This document shows, in pieces, positions 1-13,300 of a stretch of DNA of 64,000 bases. Position numbers and translations under genes: made by a program. Below the pieces are notes generated by a model. The model saw nothing but the letters and a program-made list of their open reading frames with translations. It was not told the DNA's origin and ran no database searches. Positions within the stretch are counted from its first letter, which is position 1. The number at the start of each line of letters is the position of its first letter. This stretch comes from Nemertoderma westbladi (Eukaryota > Animalia > Xenacoelomorpha): NCBI GenBank assembly GCA_032718475.1, contig JAUCBJ010009110.1:1-64000 (forward strand). The letters are read 5' to 3'.

Positions 1-1
1 A

Positions 2-182
2 TTTCGAAAGTGCCCCTCAACTTATGAGGCAGATCGCTTAGCCCTGAACCAGGAAATGCGAAGATATCTAGATTCTACGACATTCGGTTCCACTCTAGCC
101 GTTAAAGGTTTAAGTGTTGAACCGCAGGATCCCAGCGCCGTCCTAAATCAAGACCTAATCCATCTCTGTATAAAATCTCAAG
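2..182 (+). CDS. Possible internal coding exon of an unidentified gene (5'-truncated by the window)
   Basis: Frame 2 is open for 60 codons (FRKCPSTYEADRLALNQEMRRYLDSTTFGSTLAVKGLSVEPQDPSAVLNQDLIHLCIKSQ). GC is higher than in the flank and it ends at a consensus donor AAG|GTAAGT (GT at 183-184, phase 1). No recognisable protein family. Confidence 0.3.
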
Positions 183-360
183 GTAAGTTTTATATGGCCC
201 TAAAGCAGGCCATCGACATTGCACTTAGCAAATAAATTTCAAATTTGATATAATTATCTGCCTCAATACGCCCCATAGTTTTCTTTATCATAAAAACTTT
301 GTTTTTGTGTAGGCCTATGCTGCGCGTTCTAAAAGTTTATTCTTTTTATACTGGTAGGCC

Positions 361-890
361 TAATTAATTAATTACTTACTTAAATAAAATGTTAATATCC
401 TAATTAATTTCTTAAGTAATATTTACGATTTTAAATAAATTACATGAAAAAATAAAAAAAATAAATAACATTGCCATAAAATAGAAAAAAGAAAATAAAT
501 TAAATTAAAAAACCAAAATGTCATTATTGTATGCAGGTTCGTCATGGCGTTAATTAATTTCGTTGGGCCTATAGGCCTAGTAAAAGTAGCAGTATAAATT
601 TACTGTTATATATATACGTACTATATATCTACTATATATACTATATATGTACTATACATATATATATAAATAAATATACTTTAATTGATACTTAGGCTTA
701 CATAATTAAATATAATTATTCTAATTACTTTTAAAAATATATATTAATATATTAATAATTAATATTTACGTATATAAAAAAATATAAAAAATAAACTTGC
801 CATAAAATATAGAAAAAAAATAAAATAAAACAAATAAAAACTCCAAAATATCATTTTAATGACGGTTTATCATAATGTAAAAGTAGTACA
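361..890. repeat. Degenerate AT-rich direct duplication, period about 326 bp
   Basis: TTGCCATAAAATA at 471 and 797; AATATTTACG and CCAAAAT.TCATT recur in the same order in both copies. Confidence 0.65.
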
Positions 891-1313
891 AACTGGGGTG
901 TGTGTGCGAAATCATTTACACAACCTGTACACAATACACATATACAAATATTTATTGTACAATATTTGGATAATCTTAGTTATATCTATCTTAATTAGCC
1001 TACTTTTTTATAAAACTAAATAGTTTTAAAAAAAATTTAGTGCCAGTAGTTACTTATTGTTTATCGTTTTATATGAATTTCATCATCATTTTAAATATGT
1101 AAGGATTTATTTGCCAGTTCTTAATTTTTTATGGCGCCATTTTCCTTTATTATTGGCGTTAAACTTCCACCATGGAGTAACCAGTTCGATCCCACCTGCA
1201 CGTCATTGTCGACTTTGCAAAGCTGTAACCAATGAATGTAATCATTCTAATATTCTTGTATCTTATAATTTATTAACCAGATATTTATTTTCCACATTTC
1301 ATACAGCAGCTCA

Positions 1314-2928
1314 CTGCTCGTGGTTGTTGTGTATGCTGCGCCATTTGTGTTCTGGAATATTTAACCCTGTTTTAATCGAACCACCAATTATGATCTATCC
1401 TCTTTTACTGTAGACCAATCGGCTCGTGGTTGTTGTGTATGCTGCACCTCTTGTGTTCTGGAATATATTATCCTCTTTTAATCGAACCACCAATTAATGA
1501 TCTATCCTCTTTAACTGTAGACCAGTCGGCTTGTGGTTGTTGTATGCTGCTCCACTTGTGTTCTGGAATATTTTATCCTCTTCTAATCGAACCCCAATTA
1601 ATGATCTACCCTCTTTTAATTTAGACCAGTCTGCTCGTGGTTGTTGTGTATGCTGCACCACTTGTGTACTGGAATATTTTATCCTCCTTTAATCGATCCA
1701 CCAATTAATGATCTATCCTCTTTTACTGTAGACCAGTCTGCTTGTGGTTGTTGTGTATGCTGCGCCACTTGTGTTCTGGAAAATTTTATCCTCTTTTAAT
1801 CGAACCACCAATTAATGATCTATCCTCTTTTACTGTAGACCAGTCTGCTCGTGGTTGTTGTGTATGCTGCACCACTTGTGTTCTGGAATATTTTATCCTC
1901 TTTTAATCGAACCACCAATTAATGATCTATCCTCTTTTACTGTAGACCAGTCTGCTCGTGGTTGTTGTGTATGCTGCACCACTTGTGTTCTGGAATATTT
2001 TATACTCTTTTAATCGAACCACCAATTAATGATCTATCCTCTTTAACTGTAGACCAGTCGGCTTGTGGTTGTTGTGTATGCTGCGCCACTTGTGTTCTGG
2101 AATATTTTATCCTCCTTTAATCGAACCACCAATTAATGATCTATCCTCTTTTACTGTATGCTGCACCACTTGTGTTCTGGAATATTTTATCCTCTTTTAA
2201 TCGAACCACCAATTAATGATCTATCCTCTTTTACTGTAGACCAGTCTGCTCGTGGTTGTTGTGTATGCTGCGCCACTTGTGTTCTGGAATATTTTATCCT
2301 CCTTTAATCGAACCACCAATTAATGATCTATCCTCTTTTACTGTATGCTGCACCACTTGTGTTCTGGAATATTTTATCCTCTTTTAATCGAACCACCAAT
2401 TAATGATCTATCCTCTTTTACTGTAGACCAGTCTGCTCGTGGTTGTTGTGTATGCTGCGCCACTTTTGTTCTGGAATATTTTATCCTCTTTTAATCGAAC
2501 CACCAATTAATGATCTATCCTCTTTTACTGTAGACCAGTCTGCTCGTGGTTGTTGTGTATGCTGCACCACTTGTGTACTGGAATATTTTATCCTCCTTTA
2601 ATCGAACCACCAATTATGATCTATCCTCTTTAACTGTAGACCAGTCGGCTTGTGGTTGTTGTATGCTGCACCACTTGTGTTCTGGAATATTTTATCCTCT
2701 TCTAATCGAACCCCAATTAATGATCTACCCTCTTTTAGACCAGTCTTATCGTGGTTGTTGTGTATATACACACGCTTGTGTATGTGCTGCACCTGTGCAT
2801 ATGCGCACATGCTGCACCACTTGTGTTCTGGCATATTTTATTATCTTTTAATCAAACCATCAATGTTCAATTAATGTTCTATCCATTTCAGACCAGTTTT
2901 CTTGTACTGTAGTTGTGTATGCTGCACC
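1314..2928 (+). repeat. Short array (about 15 units) of the 107-bp satellite, degenerate at its right edge
   Basis: Same monomer and orientation as the 35-kb array; includes two 80-bp deleted units (near 2155 and 2342). Confidence 0.97.
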
Positions 2929-3380
2929 TAAATTAATTACTTTGATCAACTTAAAATATTTTCCCTAGTGCGTTGTGAGGGTAGGTTTGCCCAATTTATA
3001 CCTCAACCGTTTTCTCAACTTTAATGTTTTTCCCTAGTATTTACTATAATTATTAATTAATTAGATTCTATTACCTATATTAAATAAACACATTATTCAC
3101 ATTCAATTATATATCCTAATGGTTATGGAATCTTTGTCGTACATATTTGTCAAATACATAATATTACATAATATATAATTTTGAATAATACATAATTACA
3201 ATAAATATTTTATATTTTAATTAATTTTTATAAAAATTTAAAAGAAATTGAAAAAATTAAGTATTTTGTATGTAAGTCCTACTAGTACTATGAGGCTACT
3301 ATGTATTGATATCAGATAATGATTAATAGACATAATTGAATCAATAATGTCACAATTGTCTTCATAATATGAAGATTATA

Positions 3381-6300
3381 TATTCTGAGCCATATTAATT
3401 ACTAATTAAAGTATTGTTTTTATATATACTATATATACTATATATACTACTATATATCTATACTTTATATATACTATAACTTTCCATTTATTTTATAATT
3501 TTGTGGACCATAGGGCCGCCTCAAAGTTTCTTTAATTTCTCAACTTTAATCTCATATTATATTCCACTTTCAAGGCAGTAATATTTTAGTGACATGAAGT
3601 CATTGTATGCTTTCACATATCCGGTTCCGGTACTGGTGATGTTTTTTACATTTTTGTGATAAACATATTGAAAAGTATACACATGCTGCCCGCCCGTTTT
3701 TATGTGGCAAAAGAGATTTTATTAATAATCAGCAATATATAATTAATAACTAATTAGATACCTTATTTCGAGTTATTAATTAACTACATAAGTACACTGT
3801 AGTATAACTAATCATCCTTCTTAATATAGCAATTAAGTTAATTATAGCTCTATTATTCTATACATGGTTGTCAATATTTTTGTTATATACTTATTATTTC
3901 TACTGCCTATATTAACCAACTGTATTAAATAAAGGCAACTTTATTATACCTATTATAGCGCAGCTCTTTATATCAATAACTATTTGTAATTTATATTTTC
4001 ATCACATTAATTCAGATACCCGTTTCAAGCAAAACCTTTAAAATGATTAATATAATTTCAGATTTTTGTGAAATTACAGTTGCTATAACCGAATATAAAT
4101 GCACCCATTTATATTTAATGTCAAATGCTATGTAAATAGCAAATATTTAACATAATCCTATGTTGTTGAAATATATATCCGTTATTTTCATATTATATGA
4201 TCAAATATTATATTATTAGAAAAAAAAACAAGGAAAGTATTATATTAATATTGGGGTGCACCTAGATATTGGTGATCAGGGTGCACTTTGCAATATGCAG
4301 GGTTATTATCGGGGTGCATTGTGGTTGTAACATTCATTTCATTTAATTTCTTGTGACAGGTGGGTGGGAGTGGTTATGGGGTAGTGGCAATGCACCTAGC
4401 GATGTTAACCTTGTCAGATCGTGGCAAGTCATATTATATATCAGAATAAATGACATACTGGATGCTCTCTATGTTATTAAACATTACTTTACTCAAAATC
4501 CATTTCTGCTAGGGCCTTTCTTTCTAGATATTGGATTGAAATGTATTTGTATAATTAACAAGAATTACATATCTAAAAGTATAAATTTGCATATTATTCA
4601 GATATAGCAATATAATATATAATTTCCCTGAAATGTGAAATTATATTCATTATTTTATAGTTCTTGCTTGAAACGGGTATCTGAATTGATATGATAAATA
4701 TATAAAAGTCAAATATTAATTTATATATTTAGCTGCACTACAATATATATAATAAAGTTATCTTTATTTTCTACGTTTGGTTATTATAGGCGATAATTAT
4801 AATATGTGTATAACAAAAAGATTATCAGTCATTATAGTATCATATAGCTATATTTCAGTTAATTGTTATATTAATTCTGATTATTAGTTTTACTACAACG
4901 GTGTACTGATTTAGATAAGAACTCGAGAAAAAAAAGGTAACTATTAAATATATATAAATGTTTATTATTATAATTTCTTATAATTTATTCCGAAGTTCCA
5001 TTTAAATGTTCTGCTATGTCAGCTTTGTTTGTGATAATTTTTGTTGTCATTCTTAAATAAACATTGTTTATATTGAATCTAAAAACATTATGCCAGATTG
5101 TGTAATGGAATACCTTCCTCGCAGGGCGTGAGGTCACGCTATTCAGTACTCACCTGTCTCGCCCGGGCGCGCGTTCACGCTATTCAGTACTCACCTGTCT
5201 TACCCGGGGGCGGGGTCACGCCATTCAGTACTCACCTGTCTTGCCCGGGCGCAGGGTCACGCCATTCAGTACTCACCTGTCTCGCCAGGGCGCGGGGTCA
5301 CGCCATTCAGTACTCACCTGTCTCGCCAGGGCGCGGGGTCACGCCATTCAGTACTCACCTGTCTCGCCCGGGCGCGGGGTCACGCCATTCAGTACTCACC
5401 TGTCTCACCCGGGCGCGGGGTCACGCCATTCAGTACTCACCTGTCTCGCCAGGGCGCGGGGTCACGCCATTCAGTACTCACCTGTCTCGCCAGGGCGCGG
5501 GGTCACGCCATTCAGTACTCACCTTCTCGCCCGGGCGCGGGGTCACGCCATTCAGTACTCACCTGTCTCACCCGGGCGCGGAGTCACGCCATTCAGTACT
5601 CACCTGTCTCGCCAGGGCGCGGGGTCACGCCATTCAGTACTCACCTGTCTCGCCCGGGCGCGGGGTCATGCCATTCAGTACTCACCTGTCTCACCCGGGC
5701 GCGGGGTCACGCCATTCAGTACTCACCTGTCTCGCCAGGGCGCGGGGTCACGCCATTCAGTACTCACCTGTCTCGCCAGGGCGCGGGGTCACGCCATTCA
5801 GTACTCACCTTCTCGCCCGGGCGCGGGGTCACGCCATTCAGTACTCACCTGTCTCACCCGGGCGCGGAGTCACGCCATTCAGTACTCACCTGTCTCACCC
5901 GGGCGCGGGATCACGCCATTCAGTACTCACCTGTCTCGCCCGGGCGCGGGGTCACGCCATTCAGTACTCACTTGTCTCACCCGGGCGCGGGGTCACGCTA
6001 TTCAGTACTCAACTGTCTCACCCGGGCACGGGGTCACGCTATTCAGTACTCAACTGTCTCACCCGGGCACGGGGTCATGGATTTAGTTAAAATTAGAAAT
6101 AAGGTATCTATGAAATAGTTCTTATTAACCTACAAAATATGTTTGTTGATATAATTACTTACAAATTTTTTCAATATGGCTCATTAAATCTTCTTCTATG
6201 TCTGGTTGTATGTTATTTTTTATGCCAGTACTGTTACAGTATTAAATAATAGTTTATATTAATTCCAATAACACCATGCCAGATTAAGTAATTTGGTAAC

Positions 6301-6603
6301 GTACTCACCCGGGTGTGGAGTCACGTTATTATGTCTCACCCGCAAGCAGCAGGTTCATTGCTGCATTACTTCTTCACTGGCGTTAAATTGTTACTCAAAC
6401 ACTGGATAGTAAAAGTTAATTTTAATATCTATATAATATCTATATGTATGAAAAGTGGTTAACATCAGTGCAAAATTTTAACTGTATATTATTTCCTCGA
6501 GCAAGTGGAAACTTACAAACTTTGTTTCCCAACCGAACTAACTTTTTAATACTTTTCATAATTAAATATTCATTATTATATTTTTTATATTATGTTCAGA
6601 ATA
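3381..6603. repeat. Long imperfect inverted repeat (fold-back A) interrupted by the 41-bp minisatellite
   Basis: Collinear reverse-complement blocks: 4009-4032/4664-4687 (24 bp perfect), 3791-3797/4901-4907, 3755-3769/6096-6110 (15 bp perfect), 3664-3674/6168-6178, 3630-3636/6225-6231, 3562-3569/6503-6510, 3381-3388/6596-6603. Confidence 0.8.
5118..6078 (+). repeat. GC/CpG-rich 41-bp minisatellite, about 23 copies
   Basis: Unit GGGCGCGGGGTCACGCCATTCAGTACTCACCTGTCTCGCC(C/A); period 41 (5281 to 5322); two units are 39 bp. Confidence 0.97.
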
Positions 6604-6849
6604 GGGAAATTAATTTATAATAATAACAACAAAATAATACTAATCATAAATATGTCGGAAAAATATATTTATAAGTGTGATCTTTTCTATATACAGAAAT
6701 ATTGTGAAAAGTATGGTAAAGAATTAAAACTAGCTGCACCACTTGTGTTCTGGAATGTTTAATCCTCCTTTAAACATACCACCAGTTAATAATCTTCCTC
6801 TTGTATACCAGTCTGCTCATGGTTATTGAGTATACGGCGCCACGTACTT

Positions 6850-7356
6850 GTGTAGAATGCTTTGCCAATTCCTACCACAATACATTTTGCTCCACTTTCA
6901 TATTTTGCCATGAGGTGAGTGTATGTTTGCCCGTTTGTATGTAGACTGCTTTGCCAATACCTACAACAATCCATTTTGCTCAACAATAATATTTTGCCAT
7001 GAGGTGAGTGTATGTTTGCCCGTTTGTATGTAGACTGCTTTGCCAATACCTACAACAATCCATTTTGCTCAACAATAATATTTTCCCATGAGGTGAGTGT
7101 ATGTTTGCCCGTTTGTATGTAGACTGCTTTGCCAATACCTACAACAATCCATTTTGCTCAACAATAATATTTTGCCATGAGGTGAGTGTATGTTTGCCCG
7201 TTTGTATGTAGACTGCTTTGCCAATACCTACAACAATCCATTTTGCTCAACAATAATATTTTACCATGAGGTGAGTGTATGTTTGTCCGTAGGTGTGTAG
7301 AATGCTTTGCCAATTCCTACCACAATCCATTTTTCTTCACCATAATATTTGGCAAT
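6850..7356 (+). repeat. 89-bp minisatellite, about 5.5 copies
   Basis: GTAGACTGCTTTGCCAATACC... recurs at 6941, 7030, 7119 and 7208; edge copies are diverged. Confidence 0.95.
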
Positions 7357-7358
7357 AC

Positions 7359-10300
7359 ATCGAACCACCAATTAATGATCTATCCTCTTTTACTGTAGAC
7401 CAGTCGGCTCGTGGTTGTTGTGTATGCTGCACCACTTGTGTTCTGGAATATTTTTTCCTCTTTTAATCGAACCACCAATTAATGATCTATCCTCTTTTAC
7501 TGTAGACCAATCGGCTCGTGGTTGTTGTGTATGCTGCGCCACTTTTGTTCTGGAATATTTTATCCTCTTTTAATCGAACCACCAATTAATGATCTATCCT
7601 CTTTTACTGTAGACCAGTCTGCTCGTGGTTGTTGTGTATGCTGCGCCACTTGTGTTCTGGAATATTTAATCATCCTTTAATCGAACCACCAATTAATGAT
7701 CTATCCTCTTTTACTGTAGACCAATCGGCTCGTGGTTGTTGTGTATGCTGCTCCACTTGTGTTCTAGAATATTTTATCCTCTTTTAATCGAAACACCAAT
7801 TAATTATATATCCTCTGTTACTGTAGACCAATCGGCTCGCGGTTGTTGTGTATGCTGCACCAATTGTGTTCTGGAATATTTTATCCTCTTTTAATCGAAC
7901 CACCAATTAATGATCTATCCTCTTTTACTGTAGACCAGTCTGCTCGTGGTTGTTGTGTATGCTGCGCCACTTGTGTTCTGGAATATTTTATCCTCTTTTA
8001 ATCGAACCACCAATTAATGATCTATCCTCTTTTACTGTAGACCAGTCGGCTCGTGGTTGTTGTGTATGCTGCGCCACTTGTGTTCTGGAATATTTTATCC
8101 TCTTTTAATCGAACCACCAATTAATGATCTATCCTCTTTTACTGTAGACCAGTCTGCTCGTGGTTGTTGTGTATGCTGCGCCACTTGTGTTCTGGAATAT
8201 TTTATCCTCTTTTAATCGAACCACCAATTAATGATCTATCCTCTTTTACTGTAGTAGACCAGTCTGCTCGTGGTTGTTGTGTATGCTGCGCCACTTGTGT
8301 TCTGGAATATTTTATCCTCTTTTAATCGAACCACCAATTATGATCTATCCTCTTTTACTGTAGACCAGTCTGCTCGTGGTTGTTGTGTATGCTGCGCCAC
8401 TTTTGTTCTGGAATTTTTTATCCTCTATTAATAGAATCACCAATTAATGATCTATCCTCTTTTACTGTAGACCAGTCTGCTCGTGGTTGTTGTGTATGCT
8501 GCTCCACTTGTGTTCTGGAATATTTTATCCTCTTTTAATCGAACCACCAATTAATAATATATCCTCTGTTACTGTAGACCAGTCGGCTCGTGGTTGTTGT
8601 GTATGCTGCTCCACTTGTGTTCTGGAATATTTTATCCTCTTTTAATCGAACCACCAATTAATTATATATCCTCTGTTACTGTAGACCAGTCTGCTCGTGG
8701 TTGTTGTGTATGCTGCTCCACTTGTGTTCTGGAATATTTTATCCTCTTTTAATCGAACCACCAATTAATGATCTATCCTCTTTTACTGTAGACCAGTCTG
8801 CTCGTGGTTGTTGTGTATGCTGCGCCACTTTTGTTCTGGAATATTTTATCCTCTTTTAATCGAACCACCAATTAATGATCTATCCTCTTTTACTGTAGAC
8901 CAGTCTGCTCGTGGTTGTTGTGTATGCTGCTCCACTTGTGTTCTGGAATATTTTATCCTCTTTTAATCGAACCACCAATTTATGATCTATCCTCATTTAC
9001 TGTATACCAGTCGGCTTGTGGTTGTTGTGTATGCTGCGCCTCTTGTGTTCTGGAATATTTTATCCTCTTTTAATCGAACCACCAATTAATGATCTATCCT
9101 CTTTTACTGTAGACCAGTCTGCTCGTGGTTGTTGTGTATGCTGCTCCACTTGTGTTCTGGAATATTTTATCCTCTTTTAATCGAACCACCAATTAATGAT
9201 CTATCCTCTTTTACTGTAGACCAGTCTGCTCGTGGTTGTTGCGTATGCTGCGCCACTTTTGTTCTGGAATATTTTATCCTCTTTTAATCGATCCACCAAT
9301 TAATGATCTATCCTCTTTTACTGTAGACCAGTCTGCTCGTGGTTGTTGTGTATGCTGCGCCACTTTTGTTCTGGAATATTTTATCCTCTTTTAATCGAAC
9401 CACCAATTAATGATCTATCCTCTTTTACTGTAGACCAGTCTGCTCGTGGTTGTTGTGTATGCTGCGCCACTTGTGTTCTGGAATATTTTATCCTCTTTTA
9501 ATCGAACCACCAATTAATGATCTATCCTCTTTTACTGTAGACCAGCCTGCTCGTGGTTGTTGTGTATGCTGCGCCACTTGTGTTCTGGAATATTTTATCC
9601 TCTTTTAATCGAACCACCAATTAATGATCTATCCTCTTTTACTGTAGACCAGTCTGCTCGTGGTTGTTGTGTATGCTGCGCCACTTGTGTTCTGGAATAT
9701 TTTATCCTCTTTTAATCGAACCACCAATTAATGATCTATCCTCTTTTACTGTAGACCAGCCTGCTCGTGGTTGTTGTGTATGCTGCGCCACTTGTGTTCT
9801 GGAATATTTTATCCTCTTTTAATCGAACCACCAATTAATGATCTATCCTCTTTTACTGTAGACCAGTCTGCTCGTGGTTGTTGTGTATGCTGCTCCACTT
9901 GTGTTCTGGAATATTTTATCCTCTTTCAATCGAACCACCAATTAATGATCTATCCTCTTTTACTGTAGACCAGTCTGCTCGTGGTTGTTGTGTATGCTGC
10001 GCCACTTTTGTTCTGGAATATTTTATCCTCTATTAATATAATCACCAATTAATGATCTATCCTCTTTTACTGTAGACCAGTCTGCTCGTGGTTGTTGTGT
10101 ATGCTGCACCACTTGTGTTCTGGAATATTTTATCCTCCTTTAATCGAACCACCAATTAATGATCTATCCTCTTTTACTGTAGACCAGTCTGCTCGTGGTT
10201 GTTGTGTATGCTGCTCCACTTGTGTTCTGGAATATTTTATCCTCTTTTAATCGAACCACCAATTAATGAGCTATCCTCTTTTACTGTAGACCAGTCTGCT

Positions 10301-13300
10301 CGTGGTTGTTGTGTATGCTGCTCCACTTGTGTTCTGGAATATTTTATCCTCTTTTAATCGAACCACCAATTAATGAGCTATCCTCTTTTACTGTAGACCA
10401 GTCTGCTCGTGGTTGTTGTGTATGCTGCTCCACTTGTGTTCTGGAATATTTTATCCTCTTTTAATCGAACCACCAATTAATGATCTATCCTCTTTTACTG
10501 TAGACCAGTCTGCTCGTGGTTGTTGTGTATGCTGCGCCACTTTTGTTCTGGAATATTTTATCCTCTTTTAATCGAACCACCAATTAATGATCTATCCTCT
10601 TTTACTGTAGACCAGTCTGCTCGTGGTTGTTGTGTATGCTGCGCCACTTTTGTTCTGGAATATTTTATCCTCTTTTAATCGAACCACCAATTAATGATCT
10701 ATCCTCTTTTACTGTAGACCAGTCTGCTCGTGGTTGTTGTGTATGCTGCGCCACTTGTGTTCTGGAATATTTTATCCTCTTTTAATCGAACCACCAATTA
10801 ATGATCTATCCTCTTTTACTGTAGACCAGCCTGCTCGTGGTTGTTGTGTATGCTGCGCCACTTGTGTTCTGGAATATTTTATCCTCTTTTAATCGAACCA
10901 CCAATTAATGATCTATCCTCTTTTACTGTAGACCAGTCTGCTCGTGGTTGTTGTGTATGCTGCGCCACTTGTGTTCTGGAATATTTTATCCTCATTAATC
11001 GAACCACCAATTAATGATCTATCCTCTTTTACTGTAGACCAGCCTGCTCGTGGTTGTTGTGTATGCTGCGCCACTTGTGTTCTGGAATATTTTATCCTCT
11101 TTTAATCGAACCACCAATTAATGATCTATCCTCTTTTACTGTAGACCAGTCTGCTCGTGGTTGTTGTGTATGCTGCTCCACTTGTGTTCTGGAATATTTT
11201 ATCCTCTTTTAATCGAACCACCAATTAATGATCTATCCTCTTTTACTGTAGACCAGTCTGCTCGTGGTTGTTGTGTATGCTGCGCCACTTTTGTTCTGGA
11301 ATATTTTATCCTCTTTTAATCGATCCACCAATTAATGATCTATCCTCTTTTACTGTAGACCAGTCTGCTCGTGGTTGTTGTGTATGCTGCGCCACTTTTG
11401 TTCTGGAATATTTTATCCTCTTTTAATCGAACCACCAATTAATGATCTATCCTCTTTTACTGTAGACCAGTCTGCTCGTGGTTGTTGTGTATGCTGCGCC
11501 ACTTGTGTTCTGGAATATTTTATCCTCTTTTAATCGAACCACCAATTAATGATCTATCCTCTTTTACTGTAGACCAGCCTGCTCGTGGTTGTTGTGTATG
11601 CTGCGCCACTTGTGTTCTGGAATATTTTATCCTCTTTTAATCGAACCACCAATTAATGATCTATCCTCTTTTACTGTAGACCAGTCTGCTCGTGGTTGTT
11701 GTGTATGCTGCGCCACTTGTGTTCTGGAATATTTTATCCTCTTTTAATCGAACCACCAATTAATGATCTATCCTCTTTTACTGTAGACCAGCCTGCTCGT
11801 GGTTGTTGTGTATGCTGCGCCACTTGTGTTCTGGAATATTTTATCCTCTTTTAATCGAACCACCAATTAATGATCTATCCTCTTTTACTGTAGACCAGTC
11901 TGCTCGTGGTTGTTGTGTATGCTGCTCCACTTGTGTTCTGGAATATTTTATCCTCTTTTAATCGAACCACCAATTAATGATCTATCCTCTTTTACTGTAG
12001 ACCAGTCTGCTCGTGGTTGTTGTGTATGCTGCGCCACTTTTGTTCTGGAATATTTTATCCTCTATTAATATAATCACCAATTAATGATCTATCCTCTTTT
12101 ACTGTAGACCAGTCTGCTCGTGGTTGTTGTGTATGCTGCACCACTTGTGTTCTGGAATATTTTATCCTCCTTTAATCGAACCACCAATTAATGATCTATC
12201 CTCTTTTACTGTAGACCAGTCTGCTCGTGGTTGTTGTGTATGCTGCTCCACTTGTGTTCTGGAATATTTTATCCTCTTTTAATCGAACCACCAATTAATG
12301 ATCTATCCTCTTTTACTGTAGACCAGTCTGCTCGTGGTTGTTGTGTATGCTGCGCCACTTGTGTTCTGGAATATTTTATCCTCTTTTAATCGAACCACCA
12401 ATTAATGATCTATCCTCTTTTACTGTAGACCAGTCTGCTCGTGGTTGTTGTGTATGCTGCTCCACTTGTGTTCTGGAATATTTTATCCTCTTTTAATCGA
12501 ACCACCAATTAATGATCTATCCTCTTTTACTGTAGACCAGTCTGCTCGTGGTTGTTGTGTATGCTGCGCCACTTTTGTTCTGGAATATTTTATCCTCTTT
12601 TAATCGAACCACCAATTAATGATCTATCCTCTTTTACTGTAGACCAGTCTGCTCGTGGTTGTTGTGTATGCTGCGCCACTTTTGTTCTGGAATATTTTAT
12701 CCTCTTTTAATCGAACCACCAATTAATGATCTATCCTCTTTTACTGTAGACCAGTCTGCTCGTGGTTGTTGTGTATGCTGCGCCACTTGTGTTCTGGAAT
12801 ATTTTATCCTCTTTTAATCGAACCACCAATTAATGATCTATCCTCTTTTACTGTAGACCAGCCTGCTCGTGGTTGTTGTGTATGCTGCGCCACTTGTGTT
12901 CTGGAATATTTTATCCTCTTTTAATCGAACCACCAATTAATGATCTATCCTCTTTTACTGTAGACCAGTCTGCTCGTGGTTGTTGTGTATGCTGCGCCAC
13001 TTGTGTTCTGGAATATTTTATCCTCATTAATCGAACCACCAATTAATGATCTATCCTCTTTTACTGTAGACCAGCCTGCTCGTGGTTGTTGTGTATGCTG
13101 CGCCACTTGTGTTCTGGAATATTTTATCCTCTTTTAATCGAACCACCAATTAATGATCTATCCTCTTTTACTGTAGACCAGTCTGCTCGTGGTTGTTGTG
13201 TATGCTGCTCCACTTGTGTTCTGGAATATTTTATCCTCTTTTAATCGAACCACCAATTAATGATCTATCCTCTTTTACTGTAGACCAGTCTGCTCGTGGT

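Noticed and set aside
5118-6078. Common origin of the 41-bp unit and the reverse complement of the 55-bp unit (ACGCCATTCAGTACTCAC vs ACGCCCACTGAATACCAC)
   Set aside because: The similarity is short and gapped and could be chance.
5098-6090. 330-aa and 281-aa ORFs
   Set aside because: Read-through of a stop-free 41-bp minisatellite; the same peptides cycle through all three frames.
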